Assembly: GCA_018664115.1 (NCBI GenBank)
Contig: JABJOX010000004.1
Location: forward strand, 10,089-74,088
DNA length: 64,000 nt
DNA from: Candidatus Woesearchaeota archaeon
GTDB lineage: Archaea; Nanobdellota; Nanobdellia; Woesearchaeales; GW2011-AR9
Reading direction: 5' to 3'
Made by a program: the position numbers and the translations under genes. Below the pieces are notes generated by a model that was not told where the DNA came from, made no database searches, and saw only the letters and a list, made by a program, of their open reading frames with translations. Below are positions 27,701-35,146 of this stretch, one piece after another; position 1 is the first letter of the stretch, and each line of letters starts with the position of its first letter.

Positions 27701-29343
27701 AAGAATGAACCATTTTCCATCACTAAATTTATCAGTTGATTATAAATGGGAAATAGTTCTTTATTTGTTTTTAAAATATAATTGATATTTTTGTTTTTTT
27801 CATAAAATGAGAAAAACTTGGCGATTTGTTTTTTATTTTCTTCGACTACCTTTTCCTGTTCACTTTTATTGATTAATTTAAACCCTTCATAATTCCAGCG
27901 TTTAATATCTTCTTGATCAAAATAAACGGTGTGGTGTTTATCTCTAACTTCTGTAAAGATTTTCCCAATAATACTGTTACCAATTTGTTCCGGGAACATT
28001 ATGTATCTTAATGTGTGACATTCCAATGATTGTAATGATGTTGTTCCACCCCAACCATGGTATAAACTTGTAAATAAAGGTTTAACTTGAAAGATAATTA
28101 TTTCATTATTATTATCAATTACGAATTCAATCTTTAACTCTACTCTTGGAATTAATTCTTCAATTTCTTTTACTGCAAAGAATATTTGTTCGGCTTCTGG
28201 AAATAATTGAAACTCTCCTTTGAGTTTTACTTCCTCTAGATTCGAAACATTAATTGTCCCTTTACTTTCTTCTGCGATTGTTTCATCATTTTTACTTAGA
28301 GATGTGTAACTATAATTGATGATATATTTATTAGGATTATTTTTAATCAGGGCTGAACCTACCAGTTTAATATTGTTTGTTTGATTTTGCACCAATACTT
28401 GATGGAAAGAACTTTCTGGCGCTTTATTTTTATAAGAAGCGATGGTTTCATTAATTGCTTCTTCTACCTGAAGATTATCTTTTGGCTCTACATCCAACAA
28501 ACTTTTAAAACAACCACTTAACGTTCTTTCAGTCTGTTCATCAATTACAGAACTCCTAACCACAATTTTTTCTGGAAATTCTTCTTTAATTTTTTCCAAT
28601 ATTTGTTTTTTATCATTTTTCCAATCATTAATGGTAAAAGAAAACAGTTTTTCTACCTTTGATTTAGTTAAAATGGGTTGGAGTGTTTTTAATGTATCTG
28701 CTTTAGTTGAAATGATGTTTTTGTTTTTCCATTCTTTAGCAAAGTTTTCTTTTGTTTCATTATCCTCTTTATTTTCTTTAATTACTGAAGCAAAATGTTT
28801 AATATCCTTAAACTTATCTTTGTTTTCTAATAAGTAATTTATAATTTTAAAATTTGATAATCGTGAATAATAAGGGTGTTGTAATAATTTTCCACCAATA
28901 CTTTTAATGTACTCTGCTCCTGGAATATCTCCCCAGTTATCACCATGAATCAGAATTATTTCTGCATCTGGATATTCTTCATGGATTTTTTGCAGATTAT
29001 CTGTGGGGTCTCGATGATATTGAACTAAAACTCGATCTACAACTTTTAAATTTTCAATTACTGCTTTCCTTTCTTTTAAGTTTGAGATGGGCTTAACCCT
29101 ATATTCTTCCACTGCTTCATCAGTAAAAACCCCTATAATGTTATAATCAGAGACAGACTTAGCAAATTGGATAGACTGCAAATGCCCATAATGAAATAAA
29201 TCTCCTACTACTCCCACATAAGAGATCCGTTTAATTCCCGACTTTTTAATTTCTACATAATCTCCCTCTTGCATTTCAGAATTTTTAGGGATAGTTACAC
29301 ATAACTGATCATTAGATTTATTTTTCCATACAACTCTTTTCAT
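24796..29343 (-). CDS. Giant (1515 aa) multidomain enzyme: N-terminal HIGH-motif cytidylyltransferase + PEP-utilising phosphohistidine domain + PPDK/PEP-synthase ATP-grasp (PPDK_N) domain + MobA/GlmU-like NTP-transferase domain + uncharacterised C-terminal region
   Basis: N-terminal: VGVVGDLFHYGHLQSIQFAK (TagD/ECT-like HxGH). About aa 770-880: GLSGDVGNLGRVKGRALVV...GGITSHAAIISRELNIPCLVG (PEP-utilisers mobile domain). About aa 900-1150: VPKAFSVT...AVAVRSSASSEDSSKASFAGQFKT (PPDK_N hallmark). About aa 1200-1330: MKVIILAAGRGSRLHKYTEILPKGLLPLAGKPLL (NTP_transferase). Confidence 0.8.
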   Translation of the reverse strand: MKRVVWKNKSNDQLCVTIPKNSEMQEGDYVEIKKSGIKRISYVGVVGDLFHYGHLQSIQFAKSVSDYNIIGVFTDEAVEEYRVKPISNLKERKAVIENLKVVDRVLVQYHRDPTDNLQKIHEEYPDAEIILIHGDNWGDIPGAEYIKSIGGKLLQHPYYSRLSNFKIINYLLENKDKFKDIKHFASVIKENKEDNETKENFAKEWKNKNIISTKADTLKTLQPILTKSKVEKLFSFTINDWKNDKKQILEKIKEEFPEKIVVRSSVIDEQTERTLSGCFKSLLDVEPKDNLQVEEAINETIASYKNKAPESSFHQVLVQNQTNNIKLVGSALIKNNPNKYIINYSYTSLSKNDETIAEESKGTINVSNLEEVKLKGEFQLFPEAEQIFFAVKEIEELIPRVELKIEFVIDNNNEIIIFQVKPLFTSLYHGWGGTTSLQSLECHTLRYIMFPEQIGNSIIGKIFTEVRDKHHTVYFDQEDIKRWNYEGFKLINKSEQEKVVEENKKQIAKFFSFYEKNKNINYILKTNKELFPIYNQLINLVMENGSFFPYSREEPTKAVKDRILSLIIADNKEELLQLLTTPTKEDLFLKEKKDKLKLIREINVGPKAIKEYALKYSWRFINTYSWEIINQFLENEISETNAQELENEINKTINESKILKQKQEECLARQSSNKLKELCLYLQEIALIRLENKNIWAGYELLFLGLFKEIAKRLELNIEDFLFSYRIKDVKDFLEENKKLTPEEVKKRLQYFNIEISPESTEYSFIPKYSKEVNTIPENLKGLSGDVGNLGRVKGRALVVTDDSIKSLMKTKKEMTSDDIYITTMTHPAMVSILHKTKGIITDEGGITSHAAIISRELNIPCLVGTRISTRFFKTGDFIEVDTYNKFVRKLTKRETEEFKAKNIQGIDLKKTEDKKEPLITIKKSLFLRSIPYTSSLNEINEEEYSLVGGKGKNLAKCSMRYNVPKAFSVTRRAYDQIINSFLNDKEDYIIDFNYPEQSQEKLKALRKFVNDYQFSDEFKNEVLGQFKQLNTKAVAVRSSASSEDSSKASFAGQFKTLLGIEEKSLFSAIKECIASAFKENVLLYAHQSGISQEKFYISVVIQEFLQSEKAGVLFSQNPSDSLKEGIWIDANFGVGESVVSGKVKPDQYFINGSEIEANIINEEREAYSYIMDGSLEVSKKTGRVLNEDEIKELVQLGESLRQDYGKEIECEWCYYNNELHLLQVRPITTLKGNEKKEDKENETLKNKKMKVIILAAGRGSRLHKYTEILPKGLLPLAGKPLLQRQIETFQKAGLTDISIVRGFNAEKINFPGIKYYNNPDWENTNMVASLFCAEAEFDGSSDILIAYADTIHEPKVIKQIMEENFSLSKAIDVDYKDYWTARNGDWKEDSESCTLNPDGSIIEIGEENVIDEARLHGRDASLTFISKNFVPKVLEHWRKIKASHWDTPLIDGKPVRKINMTNLLQSWIDNGWTVMANKIQRGWMEFDTNEDYENALKWTENGEIKKFIDLNLLD

Positions 29344-29432
29344 GATAAAAACCTCTACTAGTGAGACTAGTACAATTCATTTCTTTAAATAATTAATATA
29401 TAAGCTTTATTTAACAAAAGTATAGAACGGGT

Positions 29433-30320
29433 TCATTTATGTAACATATCAGCAAAAAATCCAAATAAAATGATTTGAATTCCTGTTAACATTAAAAGCA
29501 TACTTAAAATCACTCTGGGAATTCCACCAACGACTCCTGTAAGAATAAAAGTGATGGTGATGTAAATACCCAACAGAAATCCCAATAGAAAAAAAATCCC
29601 ACCAATCTGCCCAAAAAACTTTAATGGTTGATAATCACGATAAATCCTGAATATATTTATCCAAGCTTTAATTGCATACTGGAACGGATTATTAAATAAT
29701 CTACTTTCTCTGGTTTTTCTACAAACAATTGGTACTTCACAGATTTTAAAACCTTGTTTAGCTGCTTTAATAATTTGTTCTTGAGTATAAGTAAATGTAT
29801 TAATGTAATTTATGTCTCTGGCAACTTCTGCAGTAAATGCACGATAACCAGTTGTGGAATCAGTGATTTTAACTTTAGTTAAAGAACTAATCACTTTAGC
29901 AAAAGCCAGATTTCCAATCTTTTTGAGAAACGGCATATGTTTAATGTTTCTCTTAAATCTACTACCTAAAACAAGTTCATAACCAGATTTAACTTTTTCA
30001 ATCATTTCGGGAATATGTTGTGGATGATATTGTCCATCAGCATCAGTATGGACAATAATGTCTGCTTTTCTTTTTAGGCACTCTTGCATCTCTTTTTTGA
30101 AAGTTTCCGCTAAACCCAAATTTCTTCTGTTAGAAACCACTATTGCTCCATCTTTTTCTGCAACTTCTTTTGTTCTATCTTTAGAACCATCATTAAGAAT
30201 CAAGAATTCGTATTTATAATTCGTATTACTCATTACCTCTTTAATCTCTTCTAAAACACGAGGTAATGTTTTCTCTTCATTATATGCTGGTATGGAAATA
30301 ATTATTTTCATTGGTTTCAC
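29433..30320 (-). CDS. Polyprenyl-phosphate glycosyltransferase (GT2, Dpm1/GtrB/ArnC-like) with C-terminal TM helices
   Basis: IIISIPAYNEEKTLPRVLEEI...LILNDGSKD...HTDADGQYHP and two C-terminal TM segments typical of GtrB/ArnC. Confidence 0.8.
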   Translation of the reverse strand: MKPMKIIISIPAYNEEKTLPRVLEEIKEVMSNTNYKYEFLILNDGSKDRTKEVAEKDGAIVVSNRRNLGLAETFKKEMQECLKRKADIIVHTDADGQYHPQHIPEMIEKVKSGYELVLGSRFKRNIKHMPFLKKIGNLAFAKVISSLTKVKITDSTTGYRAFTAEVARDINYINTFTYTQEQIIKAAKQGFKICEVPIVCRKTRESRLFNNPFQYAIKAWINIFRIYRDYQPLKFFGQIGGIFFLLGFLLGIYITITFILTGVVGGIPRVILSMLLMLTGIQIILFGFFADMLHK

Positions 30321-30366
30321 TTCTTACTCATTTTAATATTTGAATTATAAAGATATAGCTTTTTCA

Positions 30367-31803
30367 TTAGATACTTTCCTCATTGTGAGTGTGGGCTTTA
30401 ACAAGATTGTAAAGTAACATTGTAACCGTCATTGGTCCGACTCCTCCTGGAACAGGAGTAATAAACGAAGTTTTTTCTTTAACATTCTCAAAATCAACAT
30501 CTCCAACAATCTTACCTTCTTCTGTTCGGTTCATACCCACATCAATGATTATTGCTCCTTCTTTAACCATTTCTGCAGTGAGTAATTTTTCTTTACCTAC
30601 TGCAACAACAATTATGTCTGCAGTTTTAGTATGTTCAGCAATATCTTTAGTTCTACTATGGGCCATGGTTACAGTAGCATTTTTCATTAACATCAATTGA
30701 GCCATTGGTTTTCCGACAATATTACTTCTCCCAATAATAACAGCTTTTTTTCCTTCTAAATCGAGATTGTAGTGTTCAATCATTTTCATTATTCCGTAAG
30801 GTGTAGCAGGAATCATATCTTTCTCTTCATCAGACAATCCTAAGAAAATTTTGCCCATATTTATGGGATGAAAACCATCCACATCTTTTTTCGGATTAAT
30901 ACTATCAATCACTTTATTCTCATTAATTTGTTTTGGTAATGGTAATTGGACAATAAATCCGTCAACATTTTCATCTTTATTTAGCTTCTCAATCAAACCC
31001 AACAATTCACTTTCTTTTGTTTCTTCATTTAGTTTGTAATGTCGCGCTTTTACTCCAATCTTTTCAGCAGTTTTAAGTTTTTTTTTAATATAAATTTTAG
31101 ATGCCGAATTTTCTCCTACAGAAACAATTGCCAATGTTGGTTTGTCTTTTAGCTTTTTTACTTTTTCTTTAAGTTCTATTAATATTCTCTCAGATACTTC
31201 TTTTCCCGATAATAATGGTCTCATTTTATTTTCTTTTTTATTCTGATTAGTTTTAATAATCCTCTTTTCTGTTATAATATAATCCACCGGCACATCATGG
31301 CTTTTAACTTTTATGGAATCAACTATCTGGAAATCGTAAGCAATTCCCACTTTAATTCCTTTAAAATCTTTAAGAAATCGGTCATAATAGCCTAAACCAT
31401 GACCCAATCTATTTCCAGCTAAATCAAAAGCAACTCCAGGAACAAAAACAATGTCAACCTCTTCTTTATTAATCTCTAAACAATTTTTCTTTGGTTCCAT
31501 GATTTCAAATGCGCCTTCTTCCAAATCTTCACTTAAATTATTTATTTGATAGATTTTCATTGAAAAATCATCTTTATTTGTTTTTGGAAGAATTACTTTT
31601 TTTACTTGGAAATTTAATAACGAATTCATTAAACCATTCAAGTTAGCTTCATTTCCTTTTTGATAATAGAACATTGTTGAATTAGATTGATTGAAAAAAG
31701 AAAATGAGGATATTCTTTCTATAATCTGTTTACTTTTTAACATTACTTCTTCATCACTCATAGAATCTCTTTCTAACTTAATATTTTCTCTTAATTCTTT
31801 CAT
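30367..31803 (-). CDS. folD: Fusion: 5-formyltetrahydrofolate cyclo-ligase (N-terminal) + bifunctional methylene-THF dehydrogenase/methenyl-THF cyclohydrolase FolD (C-terminal)
   Basis: N-terminal half has the MTHFS motif GNRLGHGLGYYDRF. C-terminal half MRPLLSGKEVSERI...VGENSASKIYIKKK...DGFIVQLPLP...GGVGPMTVTML matches FolD. Confidence 0.8.
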   Translation of the reverse strand: MKELRENIKLERDSMSDEEVMLKSKQIIERISSFSFFNQSNSTMFYYQKGNEANLNGLMNSLLNFQVKKVILPKTNKDDFSMKIYQINNLSEDLEEGAFEIMEPKKNCLEINKEEVDIVFVPGVAFDLAGNRLGHGLGYYDRFLKDFKGIKVGIAYDFQIVDSIKVKSHDVPVDYIITEKRIIKTNQNKKENKMRPLLSGKEVSERILIELKEKVKKLKDKPTLAIVSVGENSASKIYIKKKLKTAEKIGVKARHYKLNEETKESELLGLIEKLNKDENVDGFIVQLPLPKQINENKVIDSINPKKDVDGFHPINMGKIFLGLSDEEKDMIPATPYGIMKMIEHYNLDLEGKKAVIIGRSNIVGKPMAQLMLMKNATVTMAHSRTKDIAEHTKTADIIVVAVGKEKLLTAEMVKEGAIIIDVGMNRTEEGKIVGDVDFENVKEKTSFITPVPGGVGPMTVTMLLYNLVKAHTHNEESI

Positions 31804-31916
31804 TTTTAACTTAAACGAACAAAATCACTTTAAAAACTTATGATACATTAACTTTAATATATTAATCACTCTTCCAAAAAGTATATAAAATAAAAGATTA
31901 GGGTTTCTTTGAAGAA

Positions 31917-32693
31917 ATGGAAAAAGAAATAGAAAAAACAATAGAAAAAGAAATAGTGAAAGATATAGGGAAAGAAGTAGATCATTCAGAAATCGAAGTT
32001 TCAGTTATATTTCCTACCTATAACGAAGCAGAAAACATAATCCCATTAATTCAGAGAACACAACAAGCTTTAGTTAATCATTCTAAAGAAATTATTATTG
32101 TTGATGATAACAGTCCTGACCTTACCTGGAAAATTGCAGAAGATTTAAACTCTTTTGATGTAAAAGTAATTAGGAGATTAGAAGATCGAGGTTTAGTCAA
32201 ATCAATTTCAAATGCCATCAAAGAAGCAAAGGGTAAATATGTTGTTTGGATGGATGCCGATCAATCAATGCCTCCAGAATTAATTCCGCGAATGTTACAG
32301 AAATTTAATAATTATGATATTGTTGTTGGTTCAAGATATGCTAAAGGCGGTAAAGATAAACGGCCTTTGTTAAGGGTTGTATCAAGTAGATTTATCAACG
32401 TTTTTACTAATATCATCCTTAACTTTAATGTGTTGGATTATGATAGTGGTTTTATTGCTGCAAAAAAAGATCTTCTTGAAAATATCACTCTTTCTGATTC
32501 TGCTTATGGAGAGTATTGTATCGAGTTTCTTTATGCTGCAGGAAAGAAAGGTTACAAAATCAAAGAAGTAGGATATCCTTTTGTTGATAGAAGAGCCGGA
32601 CAATCAAAAACTGCTGATACTTTATCTGGCCTTTTCAAGTATGGGATGTTATATCTGAAAAGAATAATTGAACTGAGATTTAAAAAGATTTAA
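31917..32693 (+). CDS. Polyprenyl-phosphate glycosyltransferase (GT2, Dpm1/ArnC-like, soluble-type)
   Basis: VSVIFPTYNEAENI...IIVDDNSPDLTWKIA...VWMDADQSMPPE. Paralog of 41765-42493 (shared IIVDDNSPDLTWK). Confidence 0.8.
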   Translation: MEKEIEKTIEKEIVKDIGKEVDHSEIEVSVIFPTYNEAENIIPLIQRTQQALVNHSKEIIIVDDNSPDLTWKIAEDLNSFDVKVIRRLEDRGLVKSISNAIKEAKGKYVVWMDADQSMPPELIPRMLQKFNNYDIVVGSRYAKGGKDKRPLLRVVSSRFINVFTNIILNFNVLDYDSGFIAAKKDLLENITLSDSAYGEYCIEFLYAAGKKGYKIKEVGYPFVDRRAGQSKTADTLSGLFKYGMLYLKRIIELRFKKI

Positions 32694-32726
32694 TTTTTAC
32701 AAAAGTTATCATTTGATAAACAAAAG

Positions 32727-33575
32727 ATGAAAGATATTATCGTTTTCACTCAGAATACAATGGCTTCTATAGTGGCTACAAGAGAAGTCTTAATAAATAA
32801 TTCAGACAGAATCAAAGCAATTGTCCTTGCCAGTCAATTTAAAGGAGAATCATTTACTGATCAACTAAAAGTTGCCTATAAACTTACAAAAAAATCTTCG
32901 TTTAGTTTTTTCTTTTACAAGTTATTAGAATCAAAAGTTTATAACTATCTTTTGTGGGGTCATAAATTAATAAAAACAAAAAATTATCAAAATGATTCTG
33001 CTAAAACTATTGAAGATCTCGCGGGCCAATATAATATTCCTATCATTAAAACAACCAACCTTAGTGATAATGATTTCTTAATTAACATTAAAGAATTAAA
33101 TCCAACATTTGTACTTTGTTTAGTGGCACAAATTTTGAGAAAGAATGTTTTTGAAACTCTTGGCAATAAGTTAATTAATGCTCATGGTTCTTATCTCCCA
33201 GAATATAGGGGTGCCGCTCAATATTTCTGGTATTTATTTAATGGGGATCGGCAATATGGGGTGACTGTTCATTTTATGGAAGCTGGATTGGATACTGGAG
33301 ATATTATTTTTCAAAGAAAATTTGATTATAATCAAAATGTCTCGATGTATGAATTACATCATAAATTAGCTACTTCATTTGGTTTTATGTTAAATGAGTT
33401 TATCAATAATTATGCTAATGACAATGACGACGATCATAATAATGAACTGATCTCATTTAAACAAGATGAAGAAAAAGCTACGATGACTAGGATGCCCACC
33501 AAAGAAGATTTTAGTCAGTTAAAGAAAAAAGGAAACAAGTTAATAACTTTTAAAGATTTTTTTAAATATATATAA
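32727..33575 (+). CDS. N10-formyl-THF-dependent formyltransferase (Fmt/ArnA-N/VioF-like sugar N-formyltransferase)
   Basis: Formyl_trans_N motifs: INAHGSYLPEYRGAA (H...SLLP..RG) and HFMEAGLDTGDII (catalytic Asp). Confidence 0.8.
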   Translation: MKDIIVFTQNTMASIVATREVLINNSDRIKAIVLASQFKGESFTDQLKVAYKLTKKSSFSFFFYKLLESKVYNYLLWGHKLIKTKNYQNDSAKTIEDLAGQYNIPIIKTTNLSDNDFLINIKELNPTFVLCLVAQILRKNVFETLGNKLINAHGSYLPEYRGAAQYFWYLFNGDRQYGVTVHFMEAGLDTGDIIFQRKFDYNQNVSMYELHHKLATSFGFMLNEFINNYANDNDDDHNNELISFKQDEEKATMTRMPTKEDFSQLKKKGNKLITFKDFFKYI

Positions 33576-33595
33576 TACATACAAAAAGGTGAACT

Positions 33596-35065
33596 ATGAA
33601 TTTGGAAAAAAATAAGAAAATTGTTTATTTGATTTTATTTCTAATTGTAATTTTAGGTGCCACCTTACGTTTTTATGATTTAAATACAGAATCTTTATGG
33701 ACAGATGAGATGGTTTCTTTGAACCACCTTAATAAAAATAGTCTTAAAGGGTTGGTTGATTCTGTTATTTACATGGAGTTAATGCCTCCCGGTTATTTTA
33801 TTATCTTAAAAGGATGGGTGGATATTTTTGGCAATACTGAATTTTCTTTAAGATTCTTATCTGCTTTTTTTGATAGTCTATCCATCATCTTAATTTATCT
33901 TTTTGGGGCAAGACTTTTTAATAAGAAAGTGGGCCTAATTAGTGCTTTAATTTTCTCAACAACAATGTTACAAATTGTCTATGCTCAAGAAGCAAGGCCT
34001 TATGCTTTATTTGGGTTTTTAGTTTTGCTTTCAACTTACTTGTTTGTTATTTTGTTCAAGAATCCTCTCAACAAAAGAAAGAAATTTTCTCTTCTGTTTG
34101 GCTATTCATTAGTAAATGCCTTACTACTATATACTAACTACATGGCTTTATTTGTAATTATTTTCCATTCTTTAATTTTATTTCTTTATTACAAGAAAAA
34201 CAAATCTTACCTGAGTTTAAAAAATCACTTTTCTTCGGCAATAATTTCAATCATTCTCTTTATTCCCGGATTGCAAATATTATTTATTCAAACAATGATT
34301 CGACATCCCAGTTTACAAGAAAGTTTAATTTTAAGGGGTGTACCAGTTTTCTTAAGTAACTTAGGTGTCGGTTTTTATTTACTCCCGTTAATTTTACTTT
34401 TATTATTTACGTTCATCATTTTCATTTTATTTAGAAAATATTCATTTAAAATGCCTAAAAATAAAACATTTATTTGGGTTACATTTATTTCTTTAGCACT
34501 TATTAGTATTGCTCATTTATTTTTAATAGATACCATCACAAGATCTTTTGCTTTAGTAAGACATTCTTTTTTTATTATTCCTTTTTTTTATATTGTAATT
34601 GCAAAAGCAATTAGTTTATTAAAATCAAAGAGAACTCAAACAACAATTGTTTTTTTAATCTTAATTTTTAACCTTTTTACTCTAACTATATATTACCATG
34701 AAACTACCAAAGCCCCCTGGGATAAAGCAGTAATCAAAATTAAAGAACATTCTTCAAGTAAACCTTTGATTTTATTTGATCGTTCTGGTTCTAACATTCT
34801 TTTGTTCGATTATTATTGGAATCATGAATTGTATAGTAAATATGACCAGATTAAGCTTACTTGGGAAAATAAAAGAGAACTAATGAAAATAGATGAGTCT
34901 CAACTATTTAATTTATTAAATCAGAAAAAAGAATTCTGGCTTGTTTCTTCAAGAAATATAAAAACTGGCGATTATTATGTTAATTTATTGAAAGATAAAT
35001 ATAACTTAATTTATTCGGAAAGTTATAAAGAATTAGATTTATATTATTACAATTCTATAATTTGA
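33596..35065 (+). CDS. GT-C fold membrane glycosyltransferase (ArnT/PMT-like, GT83/GT39-like)
   Basis: 489 aa polytopic protein with an acidic motif in the first extracytoplasmic loop (LWTDEMVSL) and a hydrophilic C-terminal domain. Follows ArnC-like and formyltransferase genes. Confidence 0.6.
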   Translation: MNLEKNKKIVYLILFLIVILGATLRFYDLNTESLWTDEMVSLNHLNKNSLKGLVDSVIYMELMPPGYFIILKGWVDIFGNTEFSLRFLSAFFDSLSIILIYLFGARLFNKKVGLISALIFSTTMLQIVYAQEARPYALFGFLVLLSTYLFVILFKNPLNKRKKFSLLFGYSLVNALLLYTNYMALFVIIFHSLILFLYYKKNKSYLSLKNHFSSAIISIILFIPGLQILFIQTMIRHPSLQESLILRGVPVFLSNLGVGFYLLPLILLLLFTFIIFILFRKYSFKMPKNKTFIWVTFISLALISIAHLFLIDTITRSFALVRHSFFIIPFFYIVIAKAISLLKSKRTQTTIVFLILIFNLFTLTIYYHETTKAPWDKAVIKIKEHSSSKPLILFDRSGSNILLFDYYWNHELYSKYDQIKLTWENKRELMKIDESQLFNLLNQKKEFWLVSSRNIKTGDYYVNLLKDKYNLIYSESYKELDLYYYNSII

Positions 35066-35146
35066 TTATTTCTTTTATATCTTCTAATTTAATTAACTTT
35101 ATATACTCTTAATAACATAGATTCATTTAATTTAAAAAAAGAAAAA

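Noticed and set aside
32377-32603. Overlapping sense/antisense small ORFs inside the Dpm1-like GT2 gene
   Set aside because: They are fully contained within a confidently assigned CDS, with no independent evidence.
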